DNA of 64,000 nt from an uncultured Candidatus Saccharibacteria bacterium (lineage in GTDB: Bacteria; Patescibacteriota; Saccharimonadia; Saccharimonadales; JALRHH01), in NCBI GenBank assembly GCA_964559915.1, contig CAZLJP010000002.1:66423-130422 (forward strand). The letters run 5' to 3'. The first letter of the stretch is position 1; each line of letters begins with the position of its first letter. Below, in pieces: positions 46,208 to 55,189 of this stretch. The notes under the pieces were generated by a model, which saw only the letters and a program-made list of their open reading frames with translations, did not search any database and was not told the DNA's origin. The position numbers and the translations under genes were made by a program.

Positions 46208-46426
46208 GGTTTTGTGATTTATTATACATTCCCCTCCCTTGTCACCCTTTTACTAAAATATTTTTTGACATTTGGCATTTTTGATAGTTTTATATAGTTT
46301 TTTGTGATGTACGCATTGGTTACATGAACAAAAAGCGAACTAGCGGTGTAGTGGGATAGGGATAAGCAACCAAGAGATACGTTTTAAGAGAGCTCCCTAC
46401 CTCTTACCGCTCGTTGCTTATCTCTT

Positions 46427-47317
46427 CTATTTGTAATAAGCACGTTCATCAACACGAACGTCTATATATTCTTTAGGGACGTCTCCACTGCCCTCTAGGC
46501 GCTTCTTTACGGCCAGGAATGTGCCAGCTTGCGTTTCGGCGTGGCCAGCGGTGTTAAACCGCACCACATACGGCTGATTTTTGATACGTACATGTAGCTC
46601 GTTAGCAGATAATGGTAATACAACTGACTCTATAGGTGTCTGGGTAGCATTAAACTGCTGTAGTATGGTGCTGATGAAGGCTACCGTATCTGTTGGTAAT
46701 ATCTGTGTGCCTACAGATATAGGTAAGCCAGTCTCGTCTGTGACTGTTGGTAAGTTGGCAAGTTGGTGCTGTACATCACTGACTCGTACCAGCGGCACGC
46801 CCGTACTACTCACATAGTAGGATCCACGTTGCGTGGCCAAGACAAAGGCGGGGCTGGATACTGCAATCCGCACAACTGGCCGGTGGCCCAGGAAGGGTAC
46901 TGTCACGATAGCGGTAGCTACTTCTGGGAACTGTTTTTGTAAATCGGCGACTATTGGCTGGGCATTGAGAGTTAATTTATTTTTGTTCCAGATTGAATCC
47001 TGTAATCGATTCTGAATATACTGCTGGTACACCGCAGTAGGGCGCTGCAGAGACTTGCCGCTGCTACTGGCAGCGACCAACACGCGGGGATTAGTGTTTA
47101 ACACCGAAGTATAGAGTAACGACATAATGATTATGATGACTGCTAGCATTGTAGGCAAATGCCTAAGGCGTCCACTAGAATCGCCAGAACGGCCAGCTGG
47201 TTCATCGTAGCGTCCTCGAGCCGTCTCGGCACCCGAACGGCTTGAATGGTAGGAATAGACCGGTGCGGACTGCCGATATGCGGATGTACGTCTAGTATCT
47301 TGTTTCTTCTTAAACAT
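46427..47317 (-). CDS. ftsQ: Cell division protein FtsQ-like
   Basis: 296 aa. Basic N-terminus, one TM, and an extracytoplasmic POTRA/FtsQ-type domain. It is the last gene of the dcw cluster. Confidence 0.7.
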   Translation of the reverse strand: MFKKKQDTRRTSAYRQSAPVYSYHSSRSGAETARGRYDEPAGRSGDSSGRLRHLPTMLAVIIIIMSLLYTSVLNTNPRVLVAASSSGKSLQRPTAVYQQYIQNRLQDSIWNKNKLTLNAQPIVADLQKQFPEVATAIVTVPFLGHRPVVRIAVSSPAFVLATQRGSYYVSSTGVPLVRVSDVQHQLANLPTVTDETGLPISVGTQILPTDTVAFISTILQQFNATQTPIESVVLPLSANELHVRIKNQPYVVRFNTAGHAETQAGTFLAVKKRLEGSGDVPKEYIDVRVDERAYYK

Positions 47318-48550
47318 CTACTGCTTTACTGCGCCTATTAAGATAACTGCTAATCGAGTTGCCGCGTCTGGGATAGCCAGACCTTGCAGCTTGTCGGCAA
47401 AGTTCTGCGCCTTTAATTTGTTGGTGAGTAAGTCTTCGATGGCTGCCCGAAGTACTTGCGGATTAGTATCCATGGAGACCTCGTCTATAACTAAGGCTGC
47501 TTGCTCGGCCACAAGATACTCTGCATTTTTGAGTTGGTGGCCGCCAGCCAAAATGGGGCTAGGAACCACAATACAGGCCTTGCCTTGAACCCCGAATTCG
47601 GCAAGCGCGTTTGCCCCTGCTCTGGTAATAATCACATCCGCCGCACCACTGTAACGATACATTCCATCGACAAACTCTAGTACCGTCAAACGCTCGTGCG
47701 TATAAGTCTGATACGTACCGAGCTTGCCCTTACCTACCTGGTGAACAATATGCAAATCTGTGTAGGTCTGCAGCAGCACATCAGCAAAAGAATATACTGC
47801 TTGGTTTATCTTCTGTGCGCCTAAACTACCACCGGTAATAAACAGCACACGGGCAGTTTCAGGAATAGTTAGTTCGCGTTTGAAGGCCGCTTGGGTACTT
47901 GTATCCACTGCCCGGTATTGGCTCCCAACAAGCACTCCAACGTAGCGCACTTTATCCTTGGGATATGCATAAAATTTTGCTGGCATGCCTGTTGCATGCA
48001 CTTTGGCCCAACGGCTAATAATTCTATTGGCGAGGCCTGGCAGCACATCTGAATCATGGGTCACAATCGGGATGCGCCAGAATGCCGCAGCTAGACCAAC
48101 CGGGACGCCAACAAATCCACCCTTAAGAAAAACCACATCCGGCCGCTCTTTGCGAACTAAGCAGAGGCTCTGGAAAACACCAAGAACTACATACATTGCA
48201 TCACGAAGATTTAACAAATTAGTACGTATATCTAGTAATTTTCTCAGAGATGACTCGCCATGATAACGACGGAACTTACCCGCAAAAATGCTAAGTGTCC
48301 TATCAATATAGGGGCTGTCTGCCGTTAGATGAGCAAAGGCACTCCCCCGCTCCCCTACCGTAACCACAATAACATTTGATTGCCGCTTCTTAAGCTGCTC
48401 TGCCACCGCTAATAACGGTGTAATATGGCCACCACTGCCGCCGCCACTCATAAGGATTTTGAGAGATTTATCGTTTGGTTGAGTAGCCAAAGCTATACCT
48501 CCTGTTTGCGGCTGGTTGTACACGTGGTTGATTAGCATCTGACTGGTCAT
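47318..48550 (-). CDS. murG: UDP-N-acetylglucosamine--lipid I GlcNAc transferase MurG
   Basis: G-loop MSGGGSGGHITP and C-terminal GT-B motifs. The start is uncertain: the track start overlaps ftsW by 83 nt, and an internal TTG at 48487 or a later start is possible. Confidence 0.88.
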   Translation of the reverse strand: MTSQMLINHVYNQPQTGGIALATQPNDKSLKILMSGGGSGGHITPLLAVAEQLKKRQSNVIVVTVGERGSAFAHLTADSPYIDRTLSIFAGKFRRYHGESSLRKLLDIRTNLLNLRDAMYVVLGVFQSLCLVRKERPDVVFLKGGFVGVPVGLAAAFWRIPIVTHDSDVLPGLANRIISRWAKVHATGMPAKFYAYPKDKVRYVGVLVGSQYRAVDTSTQAAFKRELTIPETARVLFITGGSLGAQKINQAVYSFADVLLQTYTDLHIVHQVGKGKLGTYQTYTHERLTVLEFVDGMYRYSGAADVIITRAGANALAEFGVQGKACIVVPSPILAGGHQLKNAEYLVAEQAALVIDEVSMDTNPQVLRAAIEDLLTNKLKAQNFADKLQGLAIPDAATRLAVILIGAVKQ

Positions 48551-49715
48551 TCACAGCATAGGTTGTGTAGCGTGAAATATTAAATATCAGACCGATGGCC
48601 GCTGTTACAAAGATAATACTAGTACCACCATAACTAATAAACGGTAAGGTAATGCCCTTGAGCGGCAAAATACCAATCATGGCACCAATATTGATAATGG
48701 CTTGTGTACTGAGCCAAGCCAGCACACCGACTACCACTAACCGAGAAAAATCATCAGGCGCATGCTCCACTATCCGTTTCAGCCGCGTGAAAAACGCCCA
48801 GAACAGGGCCAGAAGCGCAGTGACACCCACAAAGCCAAACTTCTCTGCCACTACGGCAAAGATTGAGTCGTTGGCTGCCTCGGGCAAGTAACCATATGCC
48901 TGGACACTGTGCCCAATACCTTTACCAAACATGCCGCCAGTACCGACCGCAATCAGTGCCTGACACGCTTGATACCCTGCGGCCTGACAGTCACTTTGAG
49001 GATTCAAGAACGTCATAACACGGTCACGTCGATACGAACTGGTTGCAATTGCCATCAAGAACACCAGCGCGATAACACCAACAAATATCAATACTCGGCG
49101 CACTGTCAAGCCGGCCACAAACCACATAGCGCCTACAATAGCGATAATCACACCAGTTGATCCAAGGTCACTCTGCATTCCGGCGATTGCGACTGCTATA
49201 GCTACAAAAGCGATGCCGATTGGCTTGATTGATTTGTCGGTATGATTAACCTCACCCCTGCGTATGCGCTCCGCCAAAAAGGCCGACAACACAAAAATAA
49301 GTGCGAATTTTACCAGCTCAACAGATTGAAATGATAAGCCACCTAAGCGAATCCAACGATGCGCTGGATATAGTGGTGTAACCGGCATAACGAGCGCGAT
49401 AAGCGTAGCAACTACGGCAGCAATAATCAGTGGTTTTTGTAGTCGACGCCACGTGTCATACGGAATAGTCGCCATAATACCAAAGGTGATAAGACCCAGG
49501 GCGATGGCAATCAGCTGTTTGTTGACATAATAATTTTCTGCTACATGGCGCTGCTGTGCCAAACCGGGGCTAATTGAATAAATAACGACCAGGCCAATAG
49601 CTAGCAAGATTGCACTAATAACTAACAACCCGTAGTCAGGTCGGTGTCGGCGCTGCCCTACCCCGTCGCGCGTAACCACCGGGCGGCGGCGACCAGACGA
49701 GCTAGAAGCTATCAC
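48468..49715 (-). CDS. ftsW: SEDS-family peptidoglycan polymerase FtsW
   Basis: 415 aa with about 10 TMs. Typical segments are QSDLGST and LPLKGITLPFISYGGTS. Confidence 0.9.
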   Translation of the reverse strand: MIASSSSGRRRPVVTRDGVGQRRHRPDYGLLVISAILLAIGLVVIYSISPGLAQQRHVAENYYVNKQLIAIALGLITFGIMATIPYDTWRRLQKPLIIAAVVATLIALVMPVTPLYPAHRWIRLGGLSFQSVELVKFALIFVLSAFLAERIRRGEVNHTDKSIKPIGIAFVAIAVAIAGMQSDLGSTGVIIAIVGAMWFVAGLTVRRVLIFVGVIALVFLMAIATSSYRRDRVMTFLNPQSDCQAAGYQACQALIAVGTGGMFGKGIGHSVQAYGYLPEAANDSIFAVVAEKFGFVGVTALLALFWAFFTRLKRIVEHAPDDFSRLVVVGVLAWLSTQAIINIGAMIGILPLKGITLPFISYGGTSIIFVTAAIGLIFNISRYTTYAVNDQSDANQPRVQPAANRRYSFGYSTKR

Positions 49716-50759
49716 CTAAACTCCGCCTCCTAGGAGGAATAGAATCAAGCCGAGTACGGCAGTGACTTGGCCAATTACCCAGAAGCGCATAGTAACTTTC
49801 GTTTCCTCCCAGCCTGAGGCCTCAAAATGATGATGGATTGGTGCAATTTTAAAGATTTTTTTACCACCACGTAGTTTCTTAGAAGTAATCTGTAATAGCG
49901 TAGAGCCGGCTTCGGCTACAAATACTAAACCAATGATTGGCAGCAATAATACTGTATCGGTAATCATCGCTACTACCCCAAGTGCCGTGCCAAGAGAGAA
50001 CGAGCCAACATCACCCATGAAGAAACGCGCCGGAAATATATTGAACCATGTGTAGCTCAGTAATGCACCCACAATGGTCATACAGAATGCGGCTACACCA
50101 AAACGTTCTTGCAGGAATGCAATCAGGGCATACGATGCAAAGGCACTGGTGGCCAAGCCACCAGCCAAGCCATCCAGCCCGTCAGTCATGTTTACTGCAT
50201 TGGCTGTAGCGACCACTACCAGAACAAACAGCGGGATTACCAACCAACCGATTGATAAATCGCCATAAAACGGTATGTTGACGCCAGTGACGTCGAGCTT
50301 AAAGTAAAAGAACCAACCACCCAGTAATGCAATCAACGTGGTCAGCAGTAGTTTGAGTTTTGACGGCAAGCCTGCCACACCCTTGCCTGACCCACGAATA
50401 TTAATTACATCGTCTATAAGACCGACCAAACCAGCACCGACAAATGCTGCCAACGGCAACCAAGTTTCAGTACGTTCAAGATTAAATAGCAAGGTGACCA
50501 GTGTGACGGCAGCCACAAAAATTAACCCTGCCATAGTTGGGATGAGCCGACGGTGCTTAGCAGCATGTAGTTTAGCAAAGACTTTGGCGATTTCACCTGT
50601 CACAGTGGTTTCGCGCGGCTTTTTCCACCACTGATACTTATAGGCTAGCGTGGTGTAAATCGGGGTAACGAGCATGCTTAGTGAGAAACCAAGAAAGCCC
50701 AGTACCAAAATGCGTACCAAGGTTTCTGTCTGGACACCAATATTGATGAGTTCTGTCAT
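49716..50759 (-). CDS. mraY: Phospho-N-acetylmuramoyl-pentapeptide transferase MraY
   Basis: 347 aa. NAVNMTDGLDGLAGG and APIHHHFE. Confidence 0.94.
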   Translation of the reverse strand: MTELINIGVQTETLVRILVLGFLGFSLSMLVTPIYTTLAYKYQWWKKPRETTVTGEIAKVFAKLHAAKHRRLIPTMAGLIFVAAVTLVTLLFNLERTETWLPLAAFVGAGLVGLIDDVINIRGSGKGVAGLPSKLKLLLTTLIALLGGWFFYFKLDVTGVNIPFYGDLSIGWLVIPLFVLVVVATANAVNMTDGLDGLAGGLATSAFASYALIAFLQERFGVAAFCMTIVGALLSYTWFNIFPARFFMGDVGSFSLGTALGVVAMITDTVLLLPIIGLVFVAEAGSTLLQITSKKLRGGKKIFKIAPIHHHFEASGWEETKVTMRFWVIGQVTAVLGLILFLLGGGV

Positions 50760-50791
50760 ATCTATTTTCGCTTTCTCTACCGTATTATACT

Positions 50792-52570
50792 CTAGTTGGT
50801 CTTCGGTGTAACCCCGTAACTATCAATCATCATGTTGGCTAGTTTTACGAATATTGGTGCTGCTGCTTTTGACCCTGCATAGCCTGCAATTTTGGGTTTA
50901 TTTACACGCACCACAATGACGTATTCAGGCTTATCGCCACCAATAAAGCCAACATACATACCGTTAAAGAGGTCATCGTAGTAGCCACCCGTTGGCTTGG
51001 TTATTTGGGCAGTGCCGGTTTTGCCGCCAACTGCGTATTCACCGCGGACTGGACCAGCTCCATAGGCCGTACGGTTGGCTTGATATGTTATCTGTAACAT
51101 ATTGACTAGCTGGGCACTTATTTCTGGCCGGATAGCTTGTTTGTGCAGGATTTCTGGTTTATGTTTGGTCTGTTTGCCGGACGCATCCGTGGTGGCTTCT
51201 ATGAGTGTTGGTTTGTAATACGTACCGCCGTTTAGGATAGCGGCAAATGCCCCGGCCATCTGCAGAGGCGTGGCAGTCATACCCTGTCCAAAGGCCGTGT
51301 TGGCATAAGTAATATTCAAACCAAAGCCGTCTGTTGGGTGCGGAATAGTACCGGGCGCCTCGTAACCCTGTTCAATACCCGTAGTGGCACCGAAATTATA
51401 ATGATTAATCATATAATCATACCAACGCGTTCGTGCTTGCTCATTAATGGAGCCGCCGCCCATTTGCATAAGTAACCACGTAGCACCTGTATTGAGGGAG
51501 TATTTCAAGATATCCGTGACTGTGCGTTGCGCCGCACCACCATCTTCCTCGATATTGGTAACCTTTGCGTCATCAATCTTATAAAACCCGGGATCATAGT
51601 AACTTGTTGAGGGGTTCACCGTATTCAGATTCATCGCAGCAGCGGCAGTCAATGGCTTCATAACCGAACCAACCTCTAGGGGGTCACTGACATTAGTGTT
51701 GTTAAATGCCTCTGGCTTGGTTACCTTAAAGTATTCTGCTGGGTTATAGGTTGGTGCGCTAGCCATGGCCCGTATAGCGCCCGTGTTGGCATCCATAATC
51801 ATCGCGCTGCCTGATTCGGCTTTGGCACTTTCTAGGCCCTGCTTCAATATATCTTCCAGTTGCTGTTGGATGCTAACATCAATGGTCAGCGTCAATGTCT
51901 TGCCTGCTTCTGGTGCTATTACCACATTATCTTTATTGGCAGCTAGTGGTATGCCAGCCGCGTCAGTAATAGCCTTCAACTGGCCTGGCGTGCCTCTGAG
52001 TTCTTGGTTAAGTGCTTCCTCGAGGCCATATTTGCCGTCACCATCGTCATTTACAAATCCCAGTAGTTGGGAAGCTAGTTGGCCATCTGGGTAGGTCCTA
52101 TACTGCGCCTCACGCGTACCCACACCTTTTAGTTTCAGCGCATCAATTGCCTCATGTTGTTGCCTGGTCAGTCGCTTGGCTAGCACTGTGTAGCGTGGTG
52201 AGTCGGGGTGCTTTATTTTATCTTCGTATTGGTTAGCTTGGGCGCCTGTTGCCTTTGCTAGCTGAGAGGCTACATCACTGGCATCCTTAACATATTTTGG
52301 GTCAACAAAGAGCGTATAGAGTGTCTCGTTGAGCACGAGCGGCACCGTTTGCTCACCGCTTTTGGCCTGAATGACGCCACGGACGGCAGGAACTTCATAT
52401 TCTTTCAGCTGACTAAAAGCGGCTGCCTTCTGATAATAATCATGTCGAATCACCTGCAAATAAAACAATCGAATCACAAACAAAATACCGACGGCTATCA
52501 GAACCCCATGCCACACTCGAATGCGCGCAATGGTGCCAAATTTTATGTTTGTTTGTGGTCGCATAAGCAC
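50792..52570 (-). CDS. ftsI: Penicillin-binding protein 2/3 type transpeptidase (FtsI)
   Basis: 592 aa. N-terminal TM. SxxK (GSVMKP), SxN (YSLN) and KTG (GKTGTA). Confidence 0.93.
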   Translation of the reverse strand: MLMRPQTNIKFGTIARIRVWHGVLIAVGILFVIRLFYLQVIRHDYYQKAAAFSQLKEYEVPAVRGVIQAKSGEQTVPLVLNETLYTLFVDPKYVKDASDVASQLAKATGAQANQYEDKIKHPDSPRYTVLAKRLTRQQHEAIDALKLKGVGTREAQYRTYPDGQLASQLLGFVNDDGDGKYGLEEALNQELRGTPGQLKAITDAAGIPLAANKDNVVIAPEAGKTLTLTIDVSIQQQLEDILKQGLESAKAESGSAMIMDANTGAIRAMASAPTYNPAEYFKVTKPEAFNNTNVSDPLEVGSVMKPLTAAAAMNLNTVNPSTSYYDPGFYKIDDAKVTNIEEDGGAAQRTVTDILKYSLNTGATWLLMQMGGGSINEQARTRWYDYMINHYNFGATTGIEQGYEAPGTIPHPTDGFGLNITYANTAFGQGMTATPLQMAGAFAAILNGGTYYKPTLIEATTDASGKQTKHKPEILHKQAIRPEISAQLVNMLQITYQANRTAYGAGPVRGEYAVGGKTGTAQITKPTGGYYDDLFNGMYVGFIGGDKPEYVIVVRVNKPKIAGYAGSKAAAPIFVKLANMMIDSYGVTPKTN

Positions 52571-52621
52571 TTTTATTATACCACTTTATCCACCTATAAC
52601 AGAGTATTGAGTCCCGCGTAG

Positions 52622-52851
52622 CCAGATGTTTTGTGCTTGAGCCAGTTTTCGTTTTTATCCGACATGGTCTCCCTTTTGGCTGCAAGCGGGCTTAGCCCGC
52701 TTCACAGCAATAGGCACGATCTCGGAACGCAAGCAAGCCGTACGTTTGGTACGGTGAGTGCGTACCGTAAGGATAAAGGCGGAAAATGGTCAAGAAGGCA
52801 GCGGGCTGCGAGCTTTGCTCGTAGACAGGCTGGCTGCCACAAAACATCTGG
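52622..52851. repeat. 230-bp structured element bounded by a 14-bp perfect inverted repeat, in the ftsL-ftsI spacer
   Basis: CCAGATGTTTTGTG (52622-52635) is the exact reverse complement of CACAAAACATCTGG (52838-52851). The helix is extended by AGCCAG/CTGGCT after a small internal loop. The interior has several further stems. Confidence 0.8.
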
Positions 52852-52852
52852 G

Positions 52853-53200
52853 TTAGTTTTGAATGGTAGCGCTGGGCGCGACAGATACCATGTTCTTGGC
52901 CACATCGCTGTTCTTTACACGGTCGAGCGCCTGCAAACGGGCAGCTGATACCTGTAATTCAGCGTTTTCGTCCTTGAGCTTAGTTTGCTGTTGCTCAAGG
53001 CCATTAATCTTGTAGCCGTAGGCATTTGTTTTGGTCACCTGCGTCAGATACAGCAGGCCTAAAAGACATGCCAAAATAATCAGCATAATGGTATTACTGA
53101 CCGGGCCAAGCGTCCGTTCATTACTGCGAAAACGCGTGGTATTTTGATTGCGACCGTAGCTACGATTTCTGCTCATAGCTAGTGAGCTGGAATATGTCAT
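52853..53200 (-). CDS. ftsL: FtsL-like cell division protein
   Basis: 115 aa. Basic N-terminus, one TM, and a coiled coil (LEQQQTKLKDENAELQVSAARLQALDRV). It lies between rsmH and ftsI. Confidence 0.65.
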   Translation of the reverse strand: MTYSSSLAMSRNRSYGRNQNTTRFRSNERTLGPVSNTIMLIILACLLGLLYLTQVTKTNAYGYKINGLEQQQTKLKDENAELQVSAARLQALDRVKNSDVAKNMVSVAPSATIQN

Positions 53201-53335
53201 ATATTTTTGTGTTTGTTTTGTTGTTTGTTATAGTCCGCACCCCAGTTGCCTGGGGTACGGCAAGCGTATTTACTGTTCGATTCGAACGGTAACTTTATAC
53301 GCTCGGGAGAGGCTTTTGACCTGGATAGGCATGTC

Positions 53336-54229
53336 TCATCCCTTTCTATTTTTTATTTTCACGGCGGCCCGTAGCTTTGCGCTACGTGCTCGCGGATTGA
53401 AAACAACTTCGTCTGCCCCGCCCGAAACAGGCTGTTTCGTTAACAGCTGTAGGACGGCGTCGTAGCGATTACCAGATTGTGAAGCCAAAAACTGCTTCAC
53501 GATACGGTCCTCCAAACTATGGAAGCTGATAATCGCTATCCGCCCTCCTGGTGCCAACAGCTCAAGCCATAATGGCAGGCTGCGTTCTAGCTGTCCCAGC
53601 TCGTCATTGACCGCAATACGAATAGCCTGAAAGGTTCGTGTTGCAGGATGAACTTTGCTGTGGCCTGGCCAAGCGCGAGCGACGATTGATGCAAGTTCGT
53701 GTGTTGTAGCATACGGACGATTATCCACTATCAACTGGGCTATCTTATTAGCCCGCGGCTCCTCGCCGTACGTGCGGAGAATGCGAAGTATTTCTGTCTG
53801 CTCATAGGTATTGACTATGTCTGCAGCCGTAATAGCCTGCTGTTCATCCATACGCATATCTAGTGGTCCATCAGTCTTTATACTGAACCCACGCTGCGAA
53901 TTATCAAGGTGCGGTGACGAAACGCCCAAATCAGCCAAAATAATGTCGAACTGCTTATTCTCAGACACCAATTGCTGGCTGGCGCTCAGAAAATCCGCGT
54001 GGATGATATGAGAACCTTTGTCTGCGAACGTTGTACGCAAAAACGCCACGGCGTTCTGGTCGCGATCGACGAGAGTTGCTTGGTGAGGCTTCAAGGTGCT
54101 ATCGAGCACTTTGGCGGCGTGTCCACCGTATCCTGCCGTCAAATCGAGGTATGATTCCCCTGCTTGCGGATTAAGATAGTGGAGTACTTCGTCCAAAAGT
54201 ACTGGATGGTGTTCGTTAGATTGCTGCAT
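53336..54229 (-). CDS. rsmH: 16S rRNA (cytosine1402-N4)-methyltransferase RsmH
   Basis: HHPVLLDEV, DLTAGYGGHA, ADLGVSSPHLD and SFHSLEDRIVK. Confidence 0.94.
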   Translation of the reverse strand: MQQSNEHHPVLLDEVLHYLNPQAGESYLDLTAGYGGHAAKVLDSTLKPHQATLVDRDQNAVAFLRTTFADKGSHIIHADFLSASQQLVSENKQFDIILADLGVSSPHLDNSQRGFSIKTDGPLDMRMDEQQAITAADIVNTYEQTEILRILRTYGEEPRANKIAQLIVDNRPYATTHELASIVARAWPGHSKVHPATRTFQAIRIAVNDELGQLERSLPLWLELLAPGGRIAIISFHSLEDRIVKQFLASQSGNRYDAVLQLLTKQPVSGGADEVVFNPRARSAKLRAAVKIKNRKG

Positions 54230-54615
54230 TGCGCACTAATCTACTCGCTTTTTATTTTGGTTTTGATTTTGGTGTTTTTGTTTTAATGCTTTTTGAAAAG
54301 CTTCAAAGTCACCTAACTGATAGCCAACTTTTTGTTTTTTGGTTGTTTTTGTTTTTGTGTGTTCTTATCCGTGTATGTGAGAGTAGTTCTTTAGACTATT
54401 TTTGCCTAAAGCATTGCCTTCACTGGTTAAGAACATAAGTGTTGAGAGACTTATGTGTGAGGTGGAGTTTTGGGAGGTGTTTTGAGGTAATGTGCTAGGG
54501 TTTTTTATATGGTTACCCTCGGTCCATATGTTGACTATCAGATAGTTAACTTCGATAAGAAATCTATCTGTTTGTTGCTATCGTCGAATTGTTAAGGTAC
54601 TACAAAGTCACCAAT

Positions 54616-54975
54616 TTATGCAGCTTGGATTCGCCAGTATTTACCTGCACGGACAGCTACGACATCTCTGGTAATGCCCGCATAGTCCAGCAGATGCTGT
54701 TCTATGGTGACACGACCCTGTTTTTGGTCGAGCTCGTCGCTACTCTTACCCGCTCGGAACTGTACGTTCAGGTCTGCCGTCTTTTCGTCCAGGATATTAC
54801 CCTGAAGTTGCGGTTCGACCTCGTAGTCCCAAACATTTTTGGGGTATAAGTGCAGGTACTTCTGGAAACCTCTGGTAAGTACTACTCCGCTTTCGAACTC
54901 GGCTCGAAGCTCCGCAGGTATTGTCAACCTACGCTTGTCGTCAAGCTTTCGTTCAAAGTAGTCTACCGTGGCCAT
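54616..54975 (-). CDS. mraZ: Transcriptional regulator MraZ
   Basis: 119 aa. Two repeat motifs: KLDDKRRLTIPAELR and ELDQKQGRVTIEQHL. Confidence 0.85.
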   Translation of the reverse strand: MATVDYFERKLDDKRRLTIPAELRAEFESGVVLTRGFQKYLHLYPKNVWDYEVEPQLQGNILDEKTADLNVQFRAGKSSDELDQKQGRVTIEQHLLDYAGITRDVVAVRAGKYWRIQAA

Positions 54976-55040
54976 TGGTACCCTTATTAAATTGCAGTGG
55001 TTTTTTGTTTTTTATGGTCGGAGGTAGTCTGTTTTGGACT

Positions 55041-55093
55041 ACCCACGATTACCCACTAACGCCATCATACAACCCACTGTTACCCACGTGCAA
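55041..55093 (-). promoter_or_regulatory. mraZ promoter with four GTGGGT boxes (candidate MraZ operator)
   Basis: The minus strand reads TTGCAC-GTGGGTaacaGTGGGTtg-TATGAT-ggcgtta-GTGGGTaatcGTGGGT. The boxes lie at 55087-82, 55077-72, 55056-51 and 55046-41, spaced 10 bp apart within each pair. Confidence 0.7.
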
Positions 55094-55128
55094 TAGTTTT
55101 TTAGAGAAAGTGACCATAGTTATCCACA

Positions 55129-55155
55129 GAAAAACGCCCCGTCAATTCGGGGCGC
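55129..55155 (-). terminator. Intrinsic terminator after the LysM-like gene
   Basis: The minus strand reads CGCCCCG-AATTGA-CGGGGCG followed by TTTTT. Confidence 0.75.
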
Positions 55156-55189
55156 TATATATGGGCATATCAGTAGTATCGCAACGCTA

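Noticed and set aside
52631-52948. 105-aa and 67-aa ORFs (52702..52905) in the ftsL-ftsI spacer.
   Set aside because: They overlap each other on opposite strands and overlap the ftsL 3' end. They have no RBS and coincide with the inverted-repeat-bounded structured element.
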